From Parcubacteria group bacterium CG1_02_58_44 (lineage in GTDB: Bacteria > Patescibacteriota > Patescibacteriia > SG8-24): a stretch of DNA of 64,000 bases. This document shows positions 47,893 to 57,971 of this stretch, in pieces. The notes under the pieces were generated by a model, which did no database searches, was not told where the DNA came from, and saw only the letters and a list, made by a program, of their open reading frames with translations. The number at the start of each line of letters is the position of its first letter. Position 1 is the first letter of the stretch. The position numbers were made by a program, and so were the translations under genes. The stretch is from contig MNWN01000041.1 of assembly GCA_001872545.1 (NCBI GenBank), positions 218 to 64,217 of the forward strand, written 5' to 3'.

Positions 47893-47972
47893 CTGAGCGC
47901 GTCCGCATTCGAACCTTCTATACTATAGATACATGACGAGCCAAGACTCTTCCGGTCCGCCCCACCGTCGTG

Positions 47973-48323
47973 CTAAAGCTCGAACGAACTCTGGCCATCA
48001 GTCACTTTGGCCTGATCTTCGAATTTTCCCTTGTAGTCGACGATCTGACGTCTAGCCTTGTCGCGAGCCTCGCGGATCGCCACATAGAGGTCCTCATTCT
48101 CGGCCTCGGCGTAGACGGACTTGCCCGGCAGTCCGACCCGCAGCTCGGCCCGGAAGAAAGGTCCCTTGTTGTGATGCTCGGTCGTCTTGCCGACCACCGC
48201 CTCGAGCGACACGGCCGTCCCGAACCTCTCCAGCTCCGACTCCAGCTTGGCCAGACGCTGCTCGACCGCCGACCGAATCACCTCGGTCAGCTCGATACCC
48301 TTGGTCTTAATGTCGACATGCAT
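47973..48323 (-). CDS. hpf: ribosome hibernation-promoting factor (short HPF/RaiA)
   Basis: MHVDIKTKGIELTEVIRSAVEQRLAKLES... beta-alpha-beta-beta-beta-alpha HPF fold sequence. Confidence 0.85.
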   Translation of the reverse strand: MHVDIKTKGIELTEVIRSAVEQRLAKLESELERFGTAVSLEAVVGKTTEHHNKGPFFRAELRVGLPGKSVYAEAENEDLYVAIREARDKARRQIVDYKGKFEDQAKVTDGQSSFEL

Positions 48324-48367
48324 ATCGCTAGATCTTTAGGTTCGATTAGCAAATTGATTCATTCGAT

Positions 48368-49375
48368 TCAGCGCAGGTTGCAGCGCCGAAACAGCCCCTG
48401 CAGGGTCCCCGACGGAATGTAGGCGCCACCGTCGTCCTGCCGCTCGTTCTTGCGTGGGAACATGACCGATTGGGGATCGCCGTCATGACCCAACCCCAGC
48501 GCATGCCCGAACTCGTGCGTCAGCAGCATGACCAGGTCCTCGTGGTCGTCGAACTGATAGACGTTGATGGTCCCCGAGCCGTAGATCCCCTGCTCATCGT
48601 CGCCGCCCAAGGCAAACGTCTCGTTGAAGCGGTTCACTCCGGTGTTGAAACCGACCACCTTTTCCTGTTCCTGCCCGGCCAGCTGGTTCAGCCGTTCGGC
48701 CTGACGGTTCTGTTCTTCGATGAGCGCGTTCAGGTCGCTGACATAGCTGTCAAGGCGTCCCTGCTCGCGCAGCAGCTCGTCATAGGCGCCCCGAGACGCA
48801 CCGCCGCGGGCGTTCCAAGCCTGCACCGTCAATTCGAACAGCTGCAGTTGCTCCTCATAGTACGCCTTCAGTTCGGCTATCGATACCTCACGCTCATCGT
48901 AGGCGGACCTCATATCCTGATACTCGCTGGCTATCGAGCTGATCTCGGACTCCAGTCCGGTTCATTCCGACTTCAGCCGCTCCAGCTCCTGCGTCGCCAC
49001 CTGCCGATCGTCGAAAACCAGGTTGACGGCTACGGCATCGGCGTCGTCTGGATCATAGCGCAGCAGGTCCTGTCCGGTCGCGCTTTCCCACTGCCGCTCG
49101 GCCTCGGACATGACCGACAGCAGTTCCTCGCGAGAGATGCCGAACCGCTCGTCATAATGGCCGATCCGATATCCGATCGGCAGGCCGCAGACGTTGCCGG
49201 CGAACCACCACCAGCCGACACCGACGGCTGCCGCGACCGCCGCCAGCCAGACCCAACGAATCGCCTTACGCCTGACGGCAGGCCGCAGAACGGGACTGAC
49301 TTTCGCTTCCCCATCGACCTGTGGACCGGACACCCGTTCCCCGACCTGAACCGCCGGAACGTCAGAACCCGACAT
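48368..49375 (-). pseudogene. membrane-anchored metzincin/matrixin-like zinc metalloprotease gene interrupted by one in-frame TGA (48962-48964)
   Basis: The upstream part has a TM segment (WVWLAAVAAAVGVGWWWFAG...). The downstream part carries HEFGHALGLGHDGDPQSVM (HExxHxxGxxH plus a Met-turn). The two ORFs are in the same frame. They are separated only by the TGA, and the 16 intervening codons stay open. Confidence 0.55.
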
Positions 49376-50354
49376 ACTCGATCTCCTCCAGGAGGATAAC
49401 CCGTCCCTGAGTCTGACTGCGCAGGCGAGACTTGACCAAGGCGATTAGCTGGACGACTTCCTCGGCCGAAGCCTGTCCGTCGCTGATGAAAAAGTTGGCG
49501 TGGCGGTCGGAGACGCTGACGTGTCCAACCTTAGTCCCCTTCAACTGCGCCCGATCCAGAATCCAACCGGCCGGAACGATTCCGTCGGCCGTGACCGGAA
49601 CGGTCTCACCCGAATCGAGGTCCAGCCAACGACGTAAGCCGTCCAGGTCCTCCGGTGATTCTGGGCGCCAGTTCTTGAAGACACAGCCGGCAGTCGACTG
49701 TCCCGCCGGTTGAGTTGACCTCTTATCGTTCAAGATCTCCTTCAGCCGGGCCAGTCCGTCGGCCGCATCTTCCGCGATGCGCAGTGTCATGACGACGGAC
49801 AGGACGACACGGCTCGGATCCGACTTGAACGCACTCTGCCGATAGCCGAAGCCGCACTCCGCCCGAGTCATCTCGACTGCCTTCCCGTCGCGCAGGCAAC
49901 TGACGACATCGACGAATTCGCCGGCCGAGCCGCCGTAGCAGCCGGCGTTGCCGCGGATCGCCCCGCCGACCGTCCCGGGCAGGCCGATAGCCCACTCGAA
50001 TCCGGTCAGTCCGGCCTCGGTGGTCTTCAGGGACAGGAGGGCGGTCGGAGTGCCGGCCTCGACCCGAACTCTGGATCCGTCGATCTCGATACCGCGATTG
50101 GCCATCCTGATCACCAGACCCCGAAAGCCGCCGTCCGAGACCAGGACGTTCGAGCCTCCGCCTAAAATGTAGTACGGCAGGTCGAGTTCCAGGGCGGTAC
50201 GGACAGCGGCCACCGCCAAATCGGCGGACGGTGCGGCGAAAAGATAGTCGGCCGGACCGCCGATCCGATAGTTGGTGTACGGAGCCAACGGCTCGTCGGT
50301 GATGACTTCCGGCGATACGCGCCGGCGAAGTTCTTCTGTGATTTGATTCGACAT
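49362..50354 (-). CDS. murB: UDP-N-acetylenolpyruvoylglucosamine reductase
   Basis: FAD-binding YTNYRIGGPADY...ILGGGSNVL... Confidence 0.9.
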   Translation of the reverse strand: MSNQITEELRRRVSPEVITDEPLAPYTNYRIGGPADYLFAAPSADLAVAAVRTALELDLPYYILGGGSNVLVSDGGFRGLVIRMANRGIEIDGSRVRVEAGTPTALLSLKTTEAGLTGFEWAIGLPGTVGGAIRGNAGCYGGSAGEFVDVVSCLRDGKAVEMTRAECGFGYRQSAFKSDPSRVVLSVVMTLRIAEDAADGLARLKEILNDKRSTQPAGQSTAGCVFKNWRPESPEDLDGLRRWLDLDSGETVPVTADGIVPAGWILDRAQLKGTKVGHVSVSDRHANFFISDGQASAEEVVQLIALVKSRLRSQTQGRVILLEEIEYVGF

Positions 50355-50357
50355 AGT

Positions 50358-51764
50358 TCAGTCGGTTTCCTTCCCGGCCAGCCGCCGTGCCAAGAGGTCG
50401 ACGTCACCGGCTCCCAAAACCAGGGTGACCGCACCCGGTGCCAGTACGGAATGGATGGCCGCGAAGCCCTCCTCGAGCGAAGCCGCATACCTGATCTGCC
50501 GTTCGACGCCCCGCGAACGGTCGTGTCCGATCACCGCCTCCATCAGCCGACGCGAGCTGACGTCCGCATCCGCGTCGTCCTCCCGTCCGATGACATCGTA
50601 TATCTCGAGCAGCACGACCGAATCCGCACCGTCGAACGACCTGACGAAACGGTCGAACAGGTTGCGGGTCCGGTTGCGGTGATGCGGCTGGAAGACCAAT
50701 ACGATCTTGCGGTCGGGATAGAACTCGCGCGCCGCGGCGATGGTCCCCTCGACCGCGACCGGATGATGACCGTAGTCGGAGATCACCGGACCGCCGTACG
50801 GCTCCCCCACCACCTCGAACCGGCGCCAGATGCCGCCGTACCCGGACAGCGCCTTCCGGACGGCTTCAAAAGGCGCCCCGTGCTCCAGGGCCAAGACCGC
50901 GGCGGCCGTGGCGTTCTCGATGTTGAACCGTCCGGGCACATGCAGCTCGATCTCGCCCAGGTCCTGCTCCCCCCTATAGAGATGGAAGCTCTGGACCCCG
51001 TCGCCGATCGCGATCTCGCCGAGACGGTAGTCGGCCTCCTCGCCGGACCCGAAACGCAGGCTCCGACCGCTGCACTGCAGCGCACCGGATCCGTCCGAAT
51101 CGTTGGCGTTCAGCACGACGAAGCCGTCGGACCTGACCTGACTGAGGAACTGCTCGAAGGTGTCCATGATGTGCTGCCGGTCGGTGTAGTAGTCGAGATG
51201 GTCCTCCTCGACGTTGGTGACGACCGCCGCCGACGGACTGAAGACCAGCAGATGAGCCTGATGCTCGCAGGCCTCCACCACCAGCAGGTTGCTGCCGCCC
51301 AACCGCAAATTTCCGCCGTCAAACGAGGGGACCTTAGTGCCGACGATCACCGTCGGATCGAAGCCCGCCTCGATCAGTATCAACCCCAGCATGGCAGTGG
51401 TCGTACTCTTACCGTTGGTGCCGGCTACAGCCACAGTTCGTTTGCCGTCCGCATATTCGCCGAGGAACTCGAAGTAGGTCAGGTTACGAATGTTGCGTCG
51501 ACGGGCCTCGACCAGCTCCGGATTGTCTTCCGGCACGGCGCTCGTACGCACGACCAGATCGACGTCAGTCGGCAGGTTGGCCGCATCGTGACCGATAGTC
51601 ACTTTCGCCCCGACGCGCCGCAGCACCTCGACCACACCGCTCTCGGCGAAGTCCGAACCGCTGACCTCGACCCCGGAAGTCAAAAGCAGGCGGGCCACTG
51701 CCGACACGCCTATCCCTCCGATACCGATGATGTGGGCCTTTTTGACTTCCTTCAGCCATTCCAT
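50358..51764 (-). CDS. murC: UDP-N-acetylmuramate--L-alanine ligase
   Basis: HIIGIGGIGVSAVARLL...GTNGKSTTTAML. Confidence 0.9.
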   Translation of the reverse strand: MEWLKEVKKAHIIGIGGIGVSAVARLLLTSGVEVSGSDFAESGVVEVLRRVGAKVTIGHDAANLPTDVDLVVRTSAVPEDNPELVEARRRNIRNLTYFEFLGEYADGKRTVAVAGTNGKSTTTAMLGLILIEAGFDPTVIVGTKVPSFDGGNLRLGGSNLLVVEACEHQAHLLVFSPSAAVVTNVEEDHLDYYTDRQHIMDTFEQFLSQVRSDGFVVLNANDSDGSGALQCSGRSLRFGSGEEADYRLGEIAIGDGVQSFHLYRGEQDLGEIELHVPGRFNIENATAAAVLALEHGAPFEAVRKALSGYGGIWRRFEVVGEPYGGPVISDYGHHPVAVEGTIAAAREFYPDRKIVLVFQPHHRNRTRNLFDRFVRSFDGADSVVLLEIYDVIGREDDADADVSSRRLMEAVIGHDRSRGVERQIRYAASLEEGFAAIHSVLAPGAVTLVLGAGDVDLLARRLAGKETD

Positions 51765-51894
51765 ACGGACAAATTATGACATGAATCCGACAAAATGAAA
51801 CGCCGACGTTTTGCGCACGAAAACTCGGACAAAAAAAGACGAGGTACCGCAGATGGCACCTCGATGAGAAAAGAATTTCGACTTTTCCGGCCGA

Positions 51895-52857
51895 TCACTT
51901 GGTCGGAAAAAAGACTCCCCCGATCAGCTCACGGCGACGGCCTTCAACCGACGCCAGGATGGCCTTCAGGATGAGCGGTCGTTTCTCGTCCGGCACTTCG
52001 ACGGACCAAACGATGACGTCGTCCCCCTCCATCAATGTAAGGTCAGACAGTGTAAGCTCAGGGAACATCTCCAAAGAGAGTTCCCCCTCACTGCAGCAGA
52101 ACGACCGCTCAAACAATGTACCGCGGCATCTGACCTGCGCGTAGGTAATGCAGTTCATGGAGCCGACGATCGTCCGCAGCACATTCCCGAACCGCTGGAC
52201 GGCCACCTCCGGAGCGGCGGAAAAGAATGCCGCCAGTTGTCTGACATGCTGCTCGGTCAAGTAACAAGCACGCCGGTCAAAATCACCCGGATCAGTAAAA
52301 ATCTGATCCGGAAAATTTGTCGAATTGGCAGCCTGCTGCCAGAACCAGACCATACCATTGCTGCCCGGCTTGGTACCGAACAGCAGTCCGCGCAGCATGC
52401 GGATCGGCTGTGGCGGCAGGATCCAGCAATGCTGTCCGCCACCCTCCACGGCAATCCCCCGGCCCATATCCTCGAACCAACGGACGCAGGCCGGAGCCTG
52501 ATTCTGGGCCACCAGCTCGAGCACCCGTCCGAACCAAGAGACCGTCCGGCCTTTCAATAACGGACATAGCCCGGGATTGGCATCGTGTTCCCACCGCGCC
52601 AACGCAGTAAGCACCAGACTCTGCACTGGCCGCGGCACGGAATCGACGAGCAGGTTCTCGACAATCAGTCCGGCCATAAACGACCGTCCGCCGTTACGAC
52701 GCATCTTGGAGGCAAGATGACTGAGAGTGTGCATTCCGGCCACGCATTTTCCGTAAGTGTCGGTCGAATTCTCTCCGCACTCTCTCCAGAGCGACAAAAT
52801 ACTCTCGAGTCCGTTGCGAAAAGCAACTATGAGTTGCCTTTCCTCTCCGTACTCCAT
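51895..52857 (-). CDS. hypothetical protein (320 aa, Trp/Cys-containing, no recognised domain)
   Basis: An intact ORF sized to fit the intergenic space; no recognised family. Confidence 0.4.
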   Translation of the reverse strand: MEYGEERQLIVAFRNGLESILSLWRECGENSTDTYGKCVAGMHTLSHLASKMRRNGGRSFMAGLIVENLLVDSVPRPVQSLVLTALARWEHDANPGLCPLLKGRTVSWFGRVLELVAQNQAPACVRWFEDMGRGIAVEGGGQHCWILPPQPIRMLRGLLFGTKPGSNGMVWFWQQAANSTNFPDQIFTDPGDFDRRACYLTEQHVRQLAAFFSAAPEVAVQRFGNVLRTIVGSMNCITYAQVRCRGTLFERSFCCSEGELSLEMFPELTLSDLTLMEGDDVIVWSVEVPDEKRPLILKAILASVEGRRRELIGGVFFPTK

Positions 52858-53004
52858 AGTCTCCTCCCGTGCCTGCCAACGAAAGTGCAGACAACTTTAA
52901 ATATAAGCACGACTTAAGGCTAGCGTCAAGCCTCCCACTCCCTCCCGACCCAATTGCTCGACCCAGAACCTGATGATAACCTTCCATCCTAAGACACAAA
53001 CGCC

Positions 53005-54648
53005 ATGAGCAGCCGTCCAAAGAAACCCGTGTCCGACGCCAGCGCACTGGCCAAGACCGCCATACTGGCCGTCCTCAAGTCACGCCCCCGTACGCGTGAC
53101 GATCTTTTTGCCGTCGTGCGTCAGACATCTTCCCGACTACACCAGAGCCAGCCGGCAACCCACGAGCTGCTGGCCGCCTACCACGAAATGATCGCCGACC
53201 GACCCAACCTAGCCGCATCAAGAATAGAACGCATGCTGGTCAAGGCCCGCGTCCGTTCCCTCTCCGGTGTGGCAGTCGTGACCGTGCTGACCAAGCCCTA
53301 TCACTGTCCAGGCCGCTGCATATATTGCCCGTCCGAGGCCCGGATGCCGAAGAGCTACCTGTCGAACGAGCCGGCGGCCATGCGGGCGCTCACCTACAGG
53401 TTCGATCCATACAACCAAGTGATCGGTCGGCTGCGGGCCCTGACGGACAACGGCCACCCGACCGACAAAATCGAACTGATCGTCAAAGGCGGAACCTGGT
53501 CGGCCCATCGCTGGGACTATCGACGCGAGTTCGTCCGCCGCTGCTTCGACGCCTGCAACGACTTCACTGCGCACCGCCGAAGGACGTCGTCCGACCTGGC
53601 CACCTCGCAACGACGCAACGAGACGGCCGGTCAGCGCATCGTCGGACTGACCCTCGAGACCAGGCCCGACTTCATCACTCCACCCGAAATCGTCCGCCTG
53701 CGGGAACTTGGCTGCACGCGCATCGAGCTGGGCGTGCAGACCACCGACGACAAGATCCTGACGGACTGCCGCCGCGGCCACGACTCGTCGGCCGTGATTC
53801 GAGCCACCGCACTGCTTAGGGACGCCGGCTTCAAGGTCGACTACCACCTGATGCCACAATTGCCGGGAGCTACACCGGAGTCCGACCTCAGGATGCTACG
53901 GGGGGTCTTCAGCAGCCCGGACTACCGCCCGGACATGATCAAGATCTATCCCTGCGCGGTGCTCAAGACCGCCGAACTGTACGACTGGTGGAAGTCAGGA
54001 CGCTATCGTCCATACTCTGACGCTGGCCTGCTCGAAACGCTCATCGCGATTAAAAAGGAACTACCACACTACTGCCGCGTCTCGCGCGTGATCCGCGACA
54101 TACCGTCACCGTCGATCGTGGCCGGCAACTCGGTCACCAGCCTGCGACAGGTCGTCGAAAAGGAGATGAAGACCCGCGGTCTGGCCTGCCGCTGCCTGCG
54201 CTGCCGCGAAATCGGACGGGTCGCCCAGTCCGATCCCGACATCCTGTCCGCCAAACCAACACTCTTCGACGACATCTATGAGGCTTCGGGCGGAACCGAA
54301 CATTTTCTGTCGTTCGAGGACCCAGAACGCCGGGCGGTCTTCGCCTTCTGCCGCCTACGGCTTCCCGGAAACGTATCCGATCAGCACAACCTGCCGCCGG
54401 AAATCCGCGGTGCAGCGCTGCTTCGCGAACTGCACACTTACGGCCATCTGGTGCCGATCGACGGCCACAGTCCGAAGTCCGCCCAGCACCATGGGCACGG
54501 ACGTCGACTGATGGACGAAGCCGAACAACTGGCTCGCCAGTCTGGCTTCAAACGGATGGCCGTAATTTCGGGCGTCGGCGTCCGGGCCTACTACCGCAAG
54601 CTCGGCTACCGACGTCGAGGCACCTATATGATCAAGTGCCTAAATTAA
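53005..54648 (+). CDS. Elp3-like radical-SAM plus GNAT acetyltransferase (tRNA U34 carboxymethylation-type enzyme)
   Basis: Radical-SAM cluster CPGRCIYCP. A central Elp3 region follows. The C-terminal GNAT-like segment is ...HHGHGRRLMDEAEQLARQSGFKRMAVISGVGVRAYYRKLGY. Confidence 0.8.
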   Translation: MSSRPKKPVSDASALAKTAILAVLKSRPRTRDDLFAVVRQTSSRLHQSQPATHELLAAYHEMIADRPNLAASRIERMLVKARVRSLSGVAVVTVLTKPYHCPGRCIYCPSEARMPKSYLSNEPAAMRALTYRFDPYNQVIGRLRALTDNGHPTDKIELIVKGGTWSAHRWDYRREFVRRCFDACNDFTAHRRRTSSDLATSQRRNETAGQRIVGLTLETRPDFITPPEIVRLRELGCTRIELGVQTTDDKILTDCRRGHDSSAVIRATALLRDAGFKVDYHLMPQLPGATPESDLRMLRGVFSSPDYRPDMIKIYPCAVLKTAELYDWWKSGRYRPYSDAGLLETLIAIKKELPHYCRVSRVIRDIPSPSIVAGNSVTSLRQVVEKEMKTRGLACRCLRCREIGRVAQSDPDILSAKPTLFDDIYEASGGTEHFLSFEDPERRAVFAFCRLRLPGNVSDQHNLPPEIRGAALLRELHTYGHLVPIDGHSPKSAQHHGHGRRLMDEAEQLARQSGFKRMAVISGVGVRAYYRKLGYRRRGTYMIKCLN

Positions 54649-54689
54649 CGTCGAAAAATCCTTCCTGACTTCGAAAACCGACGTTTTTT
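54649..54689 (+). terminator. intrinsic terminator after the Elp3-like gene
   Basis: CGTCG-(25 nt)-CGACG followed by TTTTTT. Confidence 0.55.
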
Positions 54690-54760
54690 CGACCATTTCC
54701 TGATCCTTAATTGAGGCAGACGGCGAGAAGGATTTATCTTCTTCAAATGTCTCCGACGTC

Positions 54761-56071
54761 ATGCTAGAGTTTTACGGACCTATGCTAGAACACCTGCGAC
54801 AACAGGATCCGGAAGTGGCTGCCACCCTGGCGGCCGAGCTGTCGCGTCAGAGAAACGGACTCGAGATGATCGCCTCCGAAAACTCCGTCTCCGAGGCGGT
54901 ACTCGAGGCGCTCGGCACGGTGCTGACCAACAAGTACGCCGAGGGCTATCCGGCCAAACGCTACTACGGCGGCAACGAGCACGTCGACGTCGCCGAGACG
55001 CTGGCCATCGAACGAGCCAGGCGACTCTTCGGTGCCGAGCACGCCAACGTCCAGCCGCACTGCGGTTCCCAGGCCAACATGGCCGCCTACTTCGCGCTGG
55101 CCGAACCCGGAGACAAGATCATGGCCCTGGACCTGGCGCACGGCGGACACCTGACGCACGGCAGCCGCGTCAACTTCTCCGGCAAGCTCTACTCCTTCAT
55201 CCCCTACGGCGTCAGTCGAGAAACCGAGACGTTGGACTTGGACCAGATCAGCGAACTGGCGCGACGCGAACGCCCCAAGGTCATCCTGGCCGGCTACACC
55301 GCCTATCCGCGCTCGATCGACTTCGCCGGATTCCGGAAGATAGCCGACGAGGTCGGAGCCTACCTGATGGTCGACATGGCGCATATCGCCGGACTGGTCG
55401 CGACCGGACTGCATCCCGATCCGGTCGCAGTAGCCGACGTCGTGACTTCGACCACGCACAAGACCCTACGCGGTCCGCGCGGCGGGCTGATCCTCTGCCG
55501 GCGGGAGGACCGGCTTCGTCCCGACGACAAGAAAAACCTGGCCCGACGCATCGACTCGGCGGTCTTTCCGGGAATCCAGGGGGGTCCGCTGATGCACGTC
55601 ATTGCGGCCAAGGCCGTGGCCTTCGGTGAGGCACTGCGGCCGGACTTCACTGACTACCAGCGACAGGTGATCGCCAACGCCCGCGAGCTGTCGGCGGCGC
55701 TAGTCGAGGAGGGACTGCGCGTCGTCTCCGGCGGAACGGACAACCATCTGGTGCTCGTCGACCTGACGCCGGTCGGCGTCTTCGGACAGGAGGCATCGAC
55801 CAGGCTGGACGCCGTGGGCATCCACACCAACAAGAACCTGATCCCCTTCGACGAACGCAAGCCGACCGACCCGTCAGGACTGCGGCTGGGGACGCCAGTG
55901 CTGACTACCCGCGGACTTCACGAACCGGAGATGCGCAGGGTCGCCTCGCTCATCGCCCGCACGCTGAGGTCCGACGGCGAAACCGAACTCGACCTGATCC
56001 GCTCCGAAGTCCGAAACATAACCGAGGCATTCCCGCTCTACGCGGACCTCGACTACGGCCATGTCCGCTAG
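54761..56071 (+). CDS. glyA: serine hydroxymethyltransferase
   Basis: [31 protein letters not shown]...[12 protein letters not shown]. Confidence 0.95.
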   Translation: MLEFYGPMLEHLRQQDPEVAATLAAELSRQRNGLEMIASENSVSEAVLEALGTVLTNKYAEGYPAKRYYGGNEHVDVAETLAIERARRLFGAEHANVQPHCGSQANMAAYFALAEPGDKIMALDLAHGGHLTHGSRVNFSGKLYSFIPYGVSRETETLDLDQISELARRERPKVILAGYTAYPRSIDFAGFRKIADEVGAYLMVDMAHIAGLVATGLHPDPVAVADVVTSTTHKTLRGPRGGLILCRREDRLRPDDKKNLARRIDSAVFPGIQGGPLMHVIAAKAVAFGEALRPDFTDYQRQVIANARELSAALVEEGLRVVSGGTDNHLVLVDLTPVGVFGQEASTRLDAVGIHTNKNLIPFDERKPTDPSGLRLGTPVLTTRGLHEPEMRRVASLIARTLRSDGETELDLIRSEVRNITEAFPLYADLDYGHVR

Positions 56072-56951
56072 GATAATCGACGGGCGGGCGGTGGCCCGAA
56101 GGATCCTGGCCGAAACACGCTCGGAAATTGAGTCAATTGACATGACCCCCGGTCTGGGGGTCATTATGGTCGGAGACGATCCGGCCTCCAAGGTCTACGT
56201 TCGCAAAAAGATGGAGGCTGCAAAAAGAATCGGCGTGCATTTCGAGTCATTGGTCTTCCCGCAGGATACGGACGAGGAAACGATCGTACGCGCAGTCACC
56301 GAAATGAACGCGCGCGACGACATCCACGGCATCGTGGTCCAGCTGCCGCTGCCCAAGGGTCTGGACACCGACCGGATCGTCCGGACGATCGATCCGGACA
56401 AGGACGTCGACGGATTTCATCCCGAACTGATCAGGCGAATGTCCCAGGATCCGGACTGCCGGCTGCCCGGACTGGTCGAGGGACTCAAGCTGCTCTTCGA
56501 CGAGACCGGACTGGAACTGAACGGACAGCGGACGGTCATAATCTCCAACAGCGAAGTATTCTCGCATCCGCTCAAATTGTTTTTGGAGCGTCAGGGTGCG
56601 GGAGTTGAGACTGTACGCGGCGACTCTCCGAACTTGGCATCGGCATTGGGTCAGGCGGACCTGCTGATTACGGCTGTCGGTCGCCCCGGTCTAGTTACCG
56701 GACAGATGCTGAAGCCAGGTACGGTCATACTCGACGTCGGCACGACACGTGTCGACGGACGGGTAGTCGGAGATGTAGAGTTCGAAACGGCGAGCGAGGT
56801 GGCCGGCTGGATCACTCCGGTGCCTGGCGGCGTCGGACCGGTCACGGTTGCCATGCTGCTGCACAATGTCGCTCGTCTGGCAAAAACAAAACGACGGAGG
56901 ATTACAAAAAACAAACCTAATGCGGCGGCCAGACACCGCATCGGCGATTGA
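56061..56951 (+). CDS. folD: bifunctional methylenetetrahydrofolate dehydrogenase/cyclohydrolase
   Basis: [12 protein letters not shown]...[20 protein letters not shown]...PLPKGLD. Confidence 0.9.
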   Translation: MSARIIDGRAVARRILAETRSEIESIDMTPGLGVIMVGDDPASKVYVRKKMEAAKRIGVHFESLVFPQDTDEETIVRAVTEMNARDDIHGIVVQLPLPKGLDTDRIVRTIDPDKDVDGFHPELIRRMSQDPDCRLPGLVEGLKLLFDETGLELNGQRTVIISNSEVFSHPLKLFLERQGAGVETVRGDSPNLASALGQADLLITAVGRPGLVTGQMLKPGTVILDVGTTRVDGRVVGDVEFETASEVAGWITPVPGGVGPVTVAMLLHNVARLAKTKRRRITKNKPNAAARHRIGD

Positions 56952-57628
56952 GAAGTAGTTCTTTCAACACAGAGGAGGTGAGAATGGTAACGAGAAGAGA
57001 CCCCTGTCGAGAGGGAAAATACTGCGTTAAAGATAGACAAGATGAGCCTGCCGACAAAAACAGACAGCCTTCGGCAAGAGACGTATTGGAAAGAAGGCGG
57101 AAAAGAAGGCAGGCTCGGTTAGCAGTAAAAAGCTGGACATTGGCCTATCTGGAACGTGAATTCCTCTCGACCCCATCGCCGGCATCTTGGAAGCCGATAC
57201 CGTCCGAAATGCCGACAGATGCAACGTCACCAGCGGAACTTCTGTTGGAGATGTTGCCCGAAAAAAAGTCCCTTCCCTGCCCCACCTGCGGCAAGGAGAC
57301 CCCGCATGTCGCGAGGACCCTGTCGCACGACGAGACCATCATGGTCTGCACCGCATGCAGCGAAATCAAACACTGTCATGACTGCAGACGAGAAACGAAA
57401 CACACAAAAATGCTCCTGCAAGAAGAGACCGTCATCGCCTGCGCCACATGCAGAAAAGTCATCTACTGCAGCTCCTGCAGGACAGAGATGATGCATACGG
57501 TGTCAGACTTCTCAGGAAGAAAGATCAAAATCTGCTGTGGTTGCAGGGAAATGAGACTTCCGGGTCTCGACGCTCGACGAAAAGAGGAACGAGAACGAGA
57601 AAACGCCGCGCTGACTCAAACCGCATAA
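56948..57628 (+). CDS. Cys-rich protein with three tandem zinc-ribbon modules (CxxC-x4-H-x(10-12)-CxxC), translationally coupled to folD
   Basis: The three modules are CPTCGKETPHV...VCTACSEIKHC, CHDCRRETKHT...ACATCRKVIYC and CSSCRTEMMHT...CCGCREMR. Its start overlaps the folD stop (ATGA). Confidence 0.5.
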   Translation: MRSSSFNTEEVRMVTRRDPCREGKYCVKDRQDEPADKNRQPSARDVLERRRKRRQARLAVKSWTLAYLEREFLSTPSPASWKPIPSEMPTDATSPAELLLEMLPEKKSLPCPTCGKETPHVARTLSHDETIMVCTACSEIKHCHDCRRETKHTKMLLQEETVIACATCRKVIYCSSCRTEMMHTVSDFSGRKIKICCGCREMRLPGLDARRKEERERENAALTQTA

Positions 57629-57753
57629 GAGACTTTCGGGGGCTACTCCCCCGTTTCTTTTTTCGGCAAAAACGAAAAAGAACGTCTTCGGCTTGACAAA
57701 AATCTTCGATCGGAATAGACTGATATCGATTAACTCAGACTAACGAAAAAGTT

Positions 57754-57906
57754 ATGTCAGAAGAAGCCACAGACGCCGTTCAGCCGACGACCGAGGACGA
57801 GAAGACCGCAGAAGCCACCACTACGGAAGAAGTTACCGCCGCTCCGGAAGGAGACGCCGGCAGCGACAGTCAGCCGGCAGCGCCGTCCGAAGAGAACGCG
57901 GCCTAG
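57754..57906 (+). CDS. 50-codon acidic ORF (MSEEATDAVQPTTEDEKTAEATTTEEVTAAPEGDAGSDSQPAAPSEENAA) with its own promoter-like and terminator signals
   Basis: Below the ORF-track length cut-off; TTGACA-16 nt-TAGACT lies upstream and a perfect terminator downstream. Confidence 0.25.
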   Translation: MSEEATDAVQPTTEDEKTAEATTTEEVTAAPEGDAGSDSQPAAPSEENAA

Positions 57907-57929
57907 CAGAAATAGACCGGTTCAGACAG

Positions 57930-57954
57930 AAAAACTCCCATACGGGAGTTTTTT
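57930..57954. terminator. bidirectional intrinsic terminator (AAAAACTCCC-ATAC-GGGAGTTTTTT)
   Basis: Perfect 6-bp GC-rich stem flanked by an A-run and a T-run; it serves the acidic small ORF on the plus strand and the permease on the minus strand. Confidence 0.7.
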
Positions 57955-57971
57955 CGTGACCGGAAGACTTA

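Noticed and set aside
48962-48964. In-frame TGA in the metzincin gene as selenocysteine or genetic-code reassignment
   Set aside because: Every other gene in the window terminates at, and is intact with, standard stops, including many TGA stops. No SECIS-like stem-loop is seen downstream, and a catalytic Sec is not expected at that position of a metzincin.
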